DNA of 64,000 nucleotides from Candidatus Krumholzibacteriia bacterium (GTDB lineage Bacteria > Krumholzibacteriota > Krumholzibacteriia > Krumholzibacteriales > Krumholzibacteriaceae), in contig CAWIIQ010000001.1 in NCBI GenBank assembly GCA_963836185.1, positions 1,307,531-1,371,530 on the forward strand. Reading direction: 5' to 3'. Under the pieces are notes generated by a model. It did no database searches, had not been told where the DNA came from, and saw nothing but the letters and a program-made list of their open reading frames with translations. A program made the translations under genes and the position numbers. This document shows, one piece after another, positions 19,007 through 28,272 of this stretch (position 1 is the stretch's first letter; each line of letters starts with the position of its first letter).

Positions 19007-20459
19007 ATGAAATCAAGATCTATGAAGATCGTACGGATAGCAGCAGCATCGATGTTCGTTGTAATCATCTTTTCTCTCGCTGCACCCGCGGCCGAGCCAG
19101 GTGATATTGTCGGCGACTGGGCCGGGGTCCTCAGGTTCTCGGGAATGGAGATGAGGATCGTCTTTCATTTTACACTGGGAGAGGCCGGGACGCTGGCCGC
19201 CACGATGGACAGTCCCGACCAGGGAGCGGCCGGGATCCCGACGAGCGGAGTCTCGTTCGATGGTGACAGTCTTGCCGTCGAGGTCGCCGTCTCCCAGGGC
19301 GGTTATTACGCGAAATATTATCCCGACAGCCTCTATTTATGACGGCGAATGGAGGCAGGCCGGACTTCGTGCTTCCGCTGAGGCTCGAGAAGAGCCGGAG
19401 AGATAACTCCTCCGGCGAGGCCGCAGGAGCCGGAGTCGTCCGCTCCCGTATGCCGAAGAGGAAGTCACTTTCGAGAATACAGGGGCCGGGATAAGGCTGG
19501 CCGGAACACTGACGATTCCCGAAGGGGAAGGGCCCTTCCCCGCGGTAGTGCTGGTCACTGGGTCAGGCCCGCAGGACAGGGATGAGACGGTAATGGGGCA
19601 TAAGCCGTTCCTCGTGCTGTCGGATCATCTGACGAGGAACGGGATAGCTGTGTTGAGGTATGACGACCGGGGAGTGGGAAGTTCAGAGGGTGACCACGGC
19701 GCAGCCACTACGGCTGATTTCGCGACCGACGCGGGCGCGGCGTTTGAATATCTCGCCGCGAGAAAGGAGACAGATCCCGCTCTCACCGGAATAGCCGGCC
19801 ACAGCGAGGGAGGGATAGTCGCCTCGATGGTAGCAGCCGACTCCGATGATATTGGTTTCATAGTCCTGCTTGCGGGACCCGGGGTGCCGGGATCGCAGAT
19901 ACTCCTTACCCAGAATGTCAAACTTCTTAAACTTCAGGGCGCATCCGACGAGGTGTGCGAAAAATTGACCGGGCAGCTCAGACGGGAGTACAGCATCCTC
20001 GAGAAGGACGGGGATGACGAGGAGATAAAGAAGGAGATCATTACCGTATCGACCGGATTGCTGGAGGAGTATACTCCCGAAGAGAGAGAGACGTACGGGT
20101 TCACTGAGGCTGTTGTGAGACAGAGGGCTGATATCATGGTTACTCCGTGGTTCAGGTTCTTTGTAAGGTACGATCCTTCAACGGCCATTCGCAGGGTCGA
20201 ATGCCCCGTGCTCGCTGTAATAGGGGAGAAGGATATACAGGTCGATGCCGGGGAAAACCTTCCCGCCATCGAGAAGGCCCTGAAGGATGGGGAAAACAGT
20301 GATTACCTAGTCAGGGAGATGCCGGGATTGAATCATCTGTTCCAGACGGCCGATACAGGGAGCATATCTGAATATGCCAATATCGAGGAGACGATGTCAC
20401 CGGCTGCGCTTGACATGATAAGCGGCTGGATACTGTCGCTGAAGCCAGGAGGAAAGTGA
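19007..20459 (+). pseudogene. secreted alpha/beta hydrolase with multiple frame breaks between its N-terminal domain and the hydrolase core
   Basis: The N-terminal part (signal peptide...MDSPDQGAAGIP) is ORF 19007..19342. The core (FPAVVLVTGSGPQDRDE, GHSEGG nucleophile elbow) is ORF 19548..20459, whose frame is open back to about 19405. The linker reads sensibly only by stepping frames 2->0->1->2->0. Confidence 0.7.
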
Positions 20460-21136
20460 TGAGTGAGATGTCCGGACAGAGAGATATGGCCCTTCCGGAG
20501 CCTACCGTAGGTGGGAGTTACGGTTACGGGCTGGAAACGTTGAAGAAGTATTTTCTCGAGGTCCTTCTGATCACACTTGTGGTATTTGTGCTTGTCTCGC
20601 CTTATTACATCGCGAGGGAAGCGGCTGATGAATGGGACTCGGGTTTCTCGCTGATCATTCAGCTCTTCGCGCTGGGCTTCTGGCTGCTGATCCTCGGACC
20701 GGTCGAATGGGGAGCGAATGTCGCTATGCTCAAAGCTGTGCGTGGAGAGAAGCTGGAATTCCTCGAGATATTCGCATTCCAGAAGAACTATCTCAATGTC
20801 GTACTAGCTCATCTGCTCGTTACGGTGATCATCGGGATAGGATTCCTCTTTCTGATCGTCCCGGGAGTCATATTTGCCTGCAGGCTAGCTTTCGTTTCCT
20901 ACCTCGTGATCGACAGGAAGATGGAAGCGACCGAGGCGATAAGGGAGAGCTGGAGGATGACCGGCGGGCACAGTATGACGATATTCCTGATGGCCCTGCT
21001 CGCATTCCCGCTGGCGATTGCCGGATTGCTCCTTCTCGGTGTCGGGATCGTCATCGCTGTGATGTGGATAGATCTTGCCTTCGCGGTGATATATTCTTCC
21101 GTGGCGGCGAGGGACATGCCCGCAGAACAGGCCTAG
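20456..21136 (+). CDS. integral membrane protein (DUF975/UPF0259-like)
   Basis: Five to six hydrophobic segments with a central KAVRGEKLEFLEIF...IVPGVIFACRLAF...EAIRESWRMTGGH pattern typical of that family. The start overlaps the upstream stop. Confidence 0.55.
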   Translation: MMSEMSGQRDMALPEPTVGGSYGYGLETLKKYFLEVLLITLVVFVLVSPYYIAREAADEWDSGFSLIIQLFALGFWLLILGPVEWGANVAMLKAVRGEKLEFLEIFAFQKNYLNVVLAHLLVTVIIGIGFLFLIVPGVIFACRLAFVSYLVIDRKMEATEAIRESWRMTGGHSMTIFLMALLAFPLAIAGLLLLGVGIVIAVMWIDLAFAVIYSSVAARDMPAEQA

Positions 21137-21142
21137 GCCGGC

Positions 21143-22637
21143 ATGTATAGTGCCAGGCAGAGGATCGGGCTCGCTCTCGGTCCGGCGATATTCATCCTTG
21201 TTCTCGTAATGCCTCTGCCGGAGGGGATGAGTCCCGCGGCGAGAAAAGTCGCCGCGGCAGCCGCCCTGATGGCGATCTGGTGGATCACCGAGGCCGCTCC
21301 GCTGGCAGCCACCGCTCTTCTGCCCCTTGCGCTTTTTCCCGCGATGGGAATCATGAAAGCCTCCGAGGCGGCCGCTCCTTATGCGAACCACCTGATATTC
21401 CTCTTTCTCGGCGGATTCTTCATCGCGGTGACGATGGAGAAGTGGAACCTGCACAAACGTATCGCTCTTTTCACGATCAGGCTCGTCGGTACGGGGACCG
21501 ACCGGATAATCCTCGGCTTCATGGTGGCGACAGCCTTCCTCTCGATGTGGATCAGCAACACTGCTACCGCGATGATGATGGTACCGATAGGCATGGCCGT
21601 TATAAAGCAGGTCACCTCGAGTAATTCGTACGGCGCTGAGGATTGTATCGACGGGCCTCACCCCCCGCCCGGATTCGGTTCGGCCCTGATGCTTTCGGTC
21701 GCCTATTCCGCATCGATAGGGGGAGTGGCCACCCTGATAGGGACTCCGCCCAATGTTATCTTCGCGGGATTTATCGAGAGCACATTCGGCAGGCCGGTCA
21801 GCTTTCTCTCCTGGATGGCGGTGGGCCTGCCGCTTGCCGTCGTGATGCTCCTGTTTACATGGTTCTACCTGACAAGGTGCGCTTTCCATCTCGGCTCCGG
21901 GGAACTTCCGGGCGGGATGGCCTGCATCGAAGAAGAGTCGCGAGGACTCGGGCCGGTGTCATCGGCAGAGAAGAAGATACTGGCCGTATTCTTCCTCGTC
22001 GCCTCAGCGTGGATACTGCGCGGATTCTTTTCTACAGGCGATGATCGCTGATTCGACGATCGCGATAATCGGTGCGCTGCTGCTCTTCCTTATCCCCGCT
22101 GATATGAAAACGGGCGAATTTCTTCTCGACTGGAAAACGGCATCGAAGGTCCCATGGGACGTGATTATTCTCTTCGGTGGAGGATTGTCCCTTGCAGCGG
22201 GATTCAGGATGTCGGGTCTCGACGAATGGATAGGGGGGAGTATAACGGTCCTGCACGGAGTGAACTACACGGTGCTGATATCGGCTGTGGCCCTGCTGAC
22301 GATCTTTCTCACCGAAGTGACGTCGAACACAGCGACATCGGCGATGCTTATACCTATTATATCAGGAGTGGCGATCTCGATGTCGATACATCCGTACGGT
22401 CCGGTAGTAGCTGTATGCATCGCCGCATCGTACGCATTCATGCTTCCTGTCGCGACACCTCCAAACGCCGTGGTCTTCGGGAGCAGGCAGGTGACGATCA
22501 CGCAGATGGTCAGGGCGGGCCTTGTCCTGAACATATTCGGATGGCTGCTGATAACCCTTGTTGTGGCCCTGCTTCTTCCGCTGCTGTGGGGTATAGATCC
22601 GGGCGCGCTTCCTTCGTGGATCGATCCGCAGGGTTGA
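21143..22637 (+). pseudogene. DASS/SLC13-family anion:Na+ symporter interrupted by one frame break
   Basis: Two ORFs (21143..22051 and 22041..22637) together make a colinear DASS protein. Both halves carry the SNT motif (SNTATAMMMVPI and SNTATSAMLIPI). The junction is near 22020-22045. Confidence 0.8.
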
Positions 22638-22664
22638 GAGCACTGAAAAAAAATACAAATATAA

Positions 22665-22728
22665 TGTAAAGCGGGCTTGACAAAAGATGAAGGACGGCTA
22701 TATTTAGTAATGTAAAGCAAGCTTGACA
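22665..22728 (+). promoter_or_regulatory. promoter with two copies of an 18-bp near-palindromic operator
   Basis: TGTAAAGC-gg-GCTTGACA (22665-22682) and TGTAAAGC-aa-GCTTGACA (22711-22728). These sit inside 23-nt direct repeats at 22662-22684 and 22708-22730. The first TTGACA (22677-22682), a 16-nt spacer and TATATT (22699-22704) form a promoter. Confidence 0.6.
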
Positions 22729-22759
22729 AATGCCGGGAGGAGAGAAAGGAGCTGGAACT

Positions 22760-22957
22760 ATGACCAGAAAGGAAAAGATGCTTCTTCCCGCGGGGATGGG
22801 GTGCCTCTTCGCAGGATTTATGGTCAAGAGGTTCAGCGGAGAGAGTTACCCGATGATAGCCCTGCAGATCGCGATGTTCGGGTGTTCGATATTTCTGAAC
22901 ATCAGGCACATACTGAAGCTTCGGTCCGACAGGGCGCGGAATACCGGGGGCCGATAA
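22760..22957 (+). CDS. small two-TM membrane protein
   Basis: ATG 22760 is preceded by GGAGAGAAAGGAG. Two hydrophobic helices. The stop abuts the HTH gene start. Confidence 0.55.
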   Translation: MTRKEKMLLPAGMGCLFAGFMVKRFSGESYPMIALQIAMFGCSIFLNIRHILKLRSDRARNTGGR

Positions 22958-22958
22958 A

Positions 22959-23168
22959 ATGGAAGAGAAGGTAGCAAACAGGATAAGGGAGTTCAGGAAA
23001 AAAGCCGGTCTCACCCAGGAGGATCTGGCGAAAGAGATGAAGGTGTCGCGTCAGACTATAATTTCGATCGAAAAGGGAAAATACATACCGAGTCTTCAGC
23101 TGGCACTGAAGATCTCCGGGTATTTCGGATGCTCGACCGACGAGATGTTCGTTATCAAGGAGGAGTAG
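22959..23168 (+). CDS. small XRE-family helix-turn-helix transcriptional regulator
   Basis: IREFRKKAGLTQEDLAKEMKVSRQTIISIEKGKYIPSLQLALKISGYFGCSTDEMF. This is a paralogous type to 18716..18946. Confidence 0.85.
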   Translation: MEEKVANRIREFRKKAGLTQEDLAKEMKVSRQTIISIEKGKYIPSLQLALKISGYFGCSTDEMFVIKEE

Positions 23169-23171
23169 AGG

Positions 23172-23366
23172 ATGGATGAGAGGTTTATGATACACCAGAT
23201 GAAATCGATGAAGTTAGCCACGAGAGTGGGAGCGGGGCTCATCGGTGCGCTGCTGCTTTACAGGCTGTACGTGGATGGATATTTTGATTGGCAGCTCTTT
23301 TCATGCGTCGCGATAATGGCAGTCGTCAAGGTAACGTCGCTGATCTATCTTCGCAGAACGAACTGA
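23172..23366 (+). CDS. small two-TM membrane protein
   Basis: Starts 3 nt after the HTH gene stop. Two hydrophobic helices (VGAGLIGALLLY and FSCVAIMAVVKV). Confidence 0.5.
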   Translation: MDERFMIHQMKSMKLATRVGAGLIGALLLYRLYVDGYFDWQLFSCVAIMAVVKVTSLIYLRRTN

Positions 23367-23448
23367 TGCGGTTTGTGCATGGAATCATCACAATATATAT
23401 TGATATGGTAACGGTGAGACCCCGCGCCGATACCTCCGAAAGGGCCTG

Positions 23449-24897
23449 ATGAGATATATACTGCCTGCTTTGCTCACAGCCGCTGTGGTCCTCTTCTCGG
23501 CGGGATGCTCTGATGAGGATCCTGTTTTACATCAATCTGATCCGCCTGTCATAGTCGACCAGGATCTGTGGTACGTCGACTCGGCAGCGTCGGGGGCGAG
23601 GACAGGATCATCCTGGGACAATGCATTTACCCACGTCAAGGAAGCGCTCGACAACGCTTCAGAAGGCGATGTGATTTGGGTCGCAGCCGGGACATACGGC
23701 TGTCCCGAGCCCGGAGATTCCTCGATCCCTGTTGTGATGATGAAGCAGTACGTCGATATCTACGGAGGATTCTCTACCGCTGATACCACCCTTTCCCAGA
23801 GGGACCCGGAAGTGAACCGGACGGTCCTCGATGGTGAGAACAGGGCGTGGCATGTCGTCATAGGGGCGGATCACGCGAAGCTCGATGGCTTCACCATCCA
23901 GTCGGGACATGCGCATGGTATTTACCCGGACAACTGCGGCGGAGGCATGTTCAACGAAGGCGTCTCACCTGAGGTCATGAACTGCATCTTCACATCGAAC
24001 GAATCAGGATTCCTCGGTGCGGGGATGGCGAACTTTAATGCCTCTCCCTGTGTGGAGAACTGTATCTTCAGGATAAACAGCGCGTTTAATAACGGGGCCG
24101 GTGTCTATAACGACGGACGGGACGGTTTCGATAGCAGGCCGCAATTCGAATCATGCGTCTTCGGACCTGGCAACAGCTGCCGTTTCGGCGCCGGGATGTT
24201 CAACAGCTGGTGCGAGGTGGAATTAAACGATTGCCTTTTCTACGATAACCTGGCAAATCATAACGGCGGCGGTCTGTACAACACGAGCTCGAAGGTGCTT
24301 GTGAAGAACTGTGTGTTCCGTGAGAACCGCGCGGGTTACGGGGGCGGGATCTACATGAACGGCATCGCCGCAGAAGATTCCACAAAACTGATGAACTGCC
24401 TCATAGAGACGAACACGGCATATGCCAGCGGAGGGGGAGTCTATCTGCTGAAGTCATCCGCGGTCCTTATCAACTGCACGATCGTCGAAAATGTCGCTAT
24501 ATATGGGGGAGGGATAAGCTGCTGGGGAAGTGAGGCGGAGTTCACCAATTCCATAGTCTGGGGCAACGTGGCCCATTACAGCTGGCCGGCTATCGAGATC
24601 GGCACTGAAGAAATACCGGAGATAGGATACTGCGACATCGACCAGGCCGGGTACGGGCTGTCGGGCAGCGGACTGGCCGACGCCGAGGGGAACATCAGTC
24701 TCGCTCCGCTGTTTACGTCAGGGCCTCTGGGCGGCTGGTATCTCTCACACATCGTTGCCGGAGAGGCGGAGGACAGCCCGTGCATCGATGCCGGGAGGCA
24801 TACTGCCATCAGCGCCTGGCTTATGGAGTACACGACGAGGACGGACGGCGCACCAGACTCAGGCCCCGTCGATATCGGTTTCCATCACGCACCCTGA
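23449..24897 (+). CDS. lipoprotein with a right-handed beta-helix built of Pmp-type repeats
   Basis: Lipobox LFSAGCSD. GSSWDNAFTHVKEALDNASEGDVIWVAAGTY, then about eight C[IVL]FxxN...G[AG]G[MVI] repeats. Confidence 0.8.
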   Translation: MRYILPALLTAAVVLFSAGCSDEDPVLHQSDPPVIVDQDLWYVDSAASGARTGSSWDNAFTHVKEALDNASEGDVIWVAAGTYGCPEPGDSSIPVVMMKQYVDIYGGFSTADTTLSQRDPEVNRTVLDGENRAWHVVIGADHAKLDGFTIQSGHAHGIYPDNCGGGMFNEGVSPEVMNCIFTSNESGFLGAGMANFNASPCVENCIFRINSAFNNGAGVYNDGRDGFDSRPQFESCVFGPGNSCRFGAGMFNSWCEVELNDCLFYDNLANHNGGGLYNTSSKVLVKNCVFRENRAGYGGGIYMNGIAAEDSTKLMNCLIETNTAYASGGGVYLLKSSAVLINCTIVENVAIYGGGISCWGSEAEFTNSIVWGNVAHYSWPAIEIGTEEIPEIGYCDIDQAGYGLSGSGLADAEGNISLAPLFTSGPLGGWYLSHIVAGEAEDSPCIDAGRHTAISAWLMEYTTRTDGAPDSGPVDIGFHHAP

Positions 24898-24959
24898 TAT
24901 AGTAGAATAGCTCCAGGAAACACCCCTGAATTTAAATCCCCCTGGAACTGGAGGTTTCG

Positions 24960-25949
24960 ATGAAGATCTCTGGAAGAAATTTCCTTATTCTTGCCGTGTT
25001 GTCGCTGCTGCTCGGGCTTGTTTCAAGCGGCTGCTCGGAAGACGAATCCGAGTGCCCCGTCTGCCCGGGGACACCCTCACCGACACTGGATAATCTATGG
25101 CCGGATGACGATGGCAATTCGTGGACGTATGACCAGATGAAGCGGCGATGGGAGACGACTCCGTGGACGCTCTACGAGGATCCGGGTGATGTTCCAGACG
25201 CTCCGACTCTCGATTATGTCGAGGTGCGCCTGGGCGATCTTGGTACCGGGACCAACGCCGATACGATGTCCTTTATATTCAGGCTCGAATTCGACGGGAT
25301 CTGTGTCTCGGATTCAGGAGCGATTGGCCAGTGTCTCGACGAGACGCTCTTCGATGAATGGGACGATGACATCACGATGGTCTCGTTCGATCAGGCCCTG
25401 CTCAGCAGGCTTCTGGTCTCGAGGCCGGATCTTGAGCACGAGATAAGGAGCATCGGCGGAGTGAACCGGGTCCCCGCGGAAGTGGAAGCCGTTCAGATTG
25501 CCAGGGCATCACTGATCCTTCACGGCGGTATCTGGGAGAAGACGGATGATCATATCGGTACATACGGGGATATAGACACACTCCTTGCCTGGAAATACCT
25601 CGAATCTGACATCTCCGTGGGACACGAGTTCACATTTCAGCTTCTTCCATCCCTGTCCGGCGAAATCTACCTGCACTGCAGGGTCCTCAGCAGCGGAACT
25701 GTCGAGACTGAGTACGGGACATACAAGAACGCTGTCAAATGCCTGTATCTCATCGACCACGGGATAGGGGAGATGCAGCCACCCTCCGGGCCGAGGTTTT
25801 TCAGGGTCTACGACTACGGGACGATCACGTACGCTCCAGGTATCGGCCCGATATCAAGCTATGAGCGTATGTTGATAGATACGACGGTTCCGGACGGTCC
25901 GGGGTACGGGGATATCCATATGGAACTGATCGGCTCGGGTAGCGATTGA
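24960..25949 (+). CDS. hypothetical lipoprotein
   Basis: Lipobox LGLVSSGCSE. Long ORF with coding-like composition. No recognisable domain. Confidence 0.6.
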   Translation: MKISGRNFLILAVLSLLLGLVSSGCSEDESECPVCPGTPSPTLDNLWPDDDGNSWTYDQMKRRWETTPWTLYEDPGDVPDAPTLDYVEVRLGDLGTGTNADTMSFIFRLEFDGICVSDSGAIGQCLDETLFDEWDDDITMVSFDQALLSRLLVSRPDLEHEIRSIGGVNRVPAEVEAVQIARASLILHGGIWEKTDDHIGTYGDIDTLLAWKYLESDISVGHEFTFQLLPSLSGEIYLHCRVLSSGTVETEYGTYKNAVKCLYLIDHGIGEMQPPSGPRFFRVYDYGTITYAPGIGPISSYERMLIDTTVPDGPGYGDIHMELIGSGSD

Positions 25950-25983
25950 GTGTAAAGATGAGAAAAATTTAACATTTTTTCGT

Positions 25984-26011
25984 CACTGCGGGAACAAGCG
26001 TTCCCGCAGTG
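25984..26011. other. perfect 12-bp stem / 4-nt loop hairpin in an intergenic region
   Basis: CACTGCGGGAAC-aagc-GTTCCCGCAGTG. It is preceded by TTTTTT and lies 35 nt after the stop at 25949. Confidence 0.6.
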
Positions 26012-26092
26012 CGTACATATAGGCATAGAGAGACGGTCCGACCCCACCGGGCCAGAGATCATGACCCCGCTTAACAGAGGAGGGAGCGCTCC

Positions 26093-28147
26093 ATGAGGAA
26101 CGGGATATTTTCACGGACCATGTTCATCGTCCTGATGGCCATACTCTTTTCCGCGGCCGCTGCGGCAGGAGAGATCCACGAAAAGGCTCAGGAAGGCGAT
26201 CTGGCAAGGGTAAAGGGACTTATAGACGCCGATCCGTCCATGCTCGAATCGAAGGACGCCGCCGGATCGACGCCTCTTATAGCGGCATGCGCCGGCGGGC
26301 AGCTCGAGGTCGCTAAGTTCCTCGTGGGGAAGGGAGCCGACATCAATGCCGGCGACAATGAGGACAGCAGGGCTATACATCTCGCCGGTGTAAGTGGCAG
26401 CGTGGAATTACTCGGGTATCTGCTCGGCCTCGGTATAGAGGTGGACACGAGGGATGAGAACGGGATGACAGCCCTGTTGTTCGCCGGATACAGGGGGCAG
26501 GCGGAGGCCGTTGATTATCTCATCTCAAAGGGAGCGGATGTCAACGTCACGACGAACGGCGGAGGTACCATGGTTCATGCCGCTTCGTACGCCGGTAACG
26601 TCGATATGCTCGAAAGGCTCTTCGCTGGAGGGGCAAAAGCCGATCTCCCGCCTGACCAGTACAATAATACACCGCTGGCGGGCGCCGCGATGAGATGCCG
26701 CGACGACGCGGTCAAGCTGCTGATCAAGAACGGCGCTTCTCTCGAGCCCGGATTCGAGGGAGCCAATCCTCCGCTGATCGCCGCAACATGGAGGGGCTGC
26801 AACAGCGTCATCGAGATACTGGTAAGCAGCGGCGCCGATGTCGATGTTCTGGATGACGGCGGGGGCACTGCGCTCCTGGTGGCCGCCTCGGCGGGCCAGG
26901 CCGAGACGGCCAGGCTGCTGGTCGGCCATGGAGCTGACGTGGATCACCCTGACAGCAGGGGATGGACCCCGCTTATCTGGGCGGCACGCTCCGACAGTTC
27001 CGAAATAACCAGGCTGCTCCTCTCGAAAGGGGCCTCGCCGGATGCGGCGAATAACAATGGAGTGACGCCTCTGATCATGGCTGCAAGGGAAGGGCAGGCC
27101 GAGTCGGCCGAGCTTCTGATAACTGCCGGAGCGGATATCGACGCACGCCAGGAAGAGCGTGGCTGGACAGCTCTGCATATGGCTTCAGCCTGCGGATATA
27201 CCGATATAGCGGAAGAGCTGATCGAGGCGGGAGCGGATGTCGACGTGAAGGATAACGCCGGCCTGACGCCGGTATACTACGCCTCGATGTATGGAAACAA
27301 GTCGGCGGCCGGCTGTCTTAAGGCCCATGGATGTAAATCCGTAAAATGTGAAAATAATGAAGCTTGCTGCAAACAGTTGACAAAGAAGATGAAAGATGGA
27401 GAGGCGTACGTCTGGTACCTCGGGCACAGTGGATGGGCGATAAGGACGAAGGATAATCTCCTTCTCTTCGATTGCTGGGAGAACGGTAGAAAGCCGGACG
27501 AACCATGCATATCGAACGGGTATATAGTCCCCGAAGAGGTCGCAGGGCTGAATGTCACCGTATTCGTCAGCCACGTCCACGGAGATCACTATTCAAAGCA
27601 CATACTCGAATGGCGAGGCAAGGTCGATGGGATCGACTACGTGATGGGATTCCCCTGTGAAGATTTCGATGATTACATATTCGCGGGGCCGAGGGAAAGC
27701 CTCGAGCATGAAGGGATGAAAATAGCCACGATCGAGTCGAACGACAGTGGAGTAGGATTCTTCGTCGAGGTTGACGGCGTGCGTATCTTCCACGCAGGCG
27801 ACCACGCGAACAGGATGAGGGACTTCTCCGGCCCGTACAGCGCGGAGATCGATTATCTCTCCAGCAGCTTCGAGAAGGTAGACCTGGCCTTTCTTCCCGT
27901 ATCGGGATGCGGCTTCGGCGATCAGGAGGCTGTGAAGAAGGGAGTCTTCTACGCGCTGAAGAAACTCGATCCCGCAGTCTTCTTTCCAATGCATAACGGC
28001 AAATGGCCTTCACGCTACGCCGAGTATAAAAAGGAAGCGGCCGAGATGGGATTCAAGGCTGAGACGGTCTGCGCCGAAGGGCCGGGAGACAGGTTTCATT
28101 TCAGCCGCATGGATGACGGAACGCCTGTAGTCTCGCTGCAGGACTGA
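26093..28147 (+). CDS. secreted ankyrin-repeat protein fused to a C-terminal metallo-beta-lactamase-fold domain
   Basis: Signal peptide. About 11-12 ANK units (G.TPL..A...G....V..LL..GAD.N). The C-terminal region has LGHSGWAIR, VFVSHVHGDHYS and FHAGDHA, which are MBL-type His/Asp motifs. Confidence 0.85.
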   Translation: MRNGIFSRTMFIVLMAILFSAAAAAGEIHEKAQEGDLARVKGLIDADPSMLESKDAAGSTPLIAACAGGQLEVAKFLVGKGADINAGDNEDSRAIHLAGVSGSVELLGYLLGLGIEVDTRDENGMTALLFAGYRGQAEAVDYLISKGADVNVTTNGGGTMVHAASYAGNVDMLERLFAGGAKADLPPDQYNNTPLAGAAMRCRDDAVKLLIKNGASLEPGFEGANPPLIAATWRGCNSVIEILVSSGADVDVLDDGGGTALLVAASAGQAETARLLVGHGADVDHPDSRGWTPLIWAARSDSSEITRLLLSKGASPDAANNNGVTPLIMAAREGQAESAELLITAGADIDARQEERGWTALHMASACGYTDIAEELIEAGADVDVKDNAGLTPVYYASMYGNKSAAGCLKAHGCKSVKCENNEACCKQLTKKMKDGEAYVWYLGHSGWAIRTKDNLLLFDCWENGRKPDEPCISNGYIVPEEVAGLNVTVFVSHVHGDHYSKHILEWRGKVDGIDYVMGFPCEDFDDYIFAGPRESLEHEGMKIATIESNDSGVGFFVEVDGVRIFHAGDHANRMRDFSGPYSAEIDYLSSSFEKVDLAFLPVSGCGFGDQEAVKKGVFYALKKLDPAVFFPMHNGKWPSRYAEYKKEAAEMGFKAETVCAEGPGDRFHFSRMDDGTPVVSLQD

Positions 28148-28178
28148 CGATTCGAAGACTCTACACAGACGAACTTGG

Positions 28179-28203
28179 AGGGGCGGAGCGATCCGCCCCT
28201 TTT
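28179..28203 (+). terminator. rho-independent-type terminator after the ankyrin-MBL gene
   Basis: AGGGGCGGA-gcga-TCCGCCCCT (9-bp GC stem) followed by TTT. Confidence 0.55.
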
Positions 28204-28230
28204 CCAGTTATAGCGGGCAGGTTCCCAATC

Positions 28231-28239
28231 TGGTATAAT
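28231..28239 (+). promoter_or_regulatory. extended -10 promoter element upstream of the peptidase gene
   Basis: TGgTATAAT at 28231-28239, about 34 nt upstream of ATG 28273, which is preceded by AAGGAGAG. Confidence 0.45.
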
Positions 28240-28272
28240 GTGTAAGGGTAGTAATCTTACAAGGAGAGTCAT

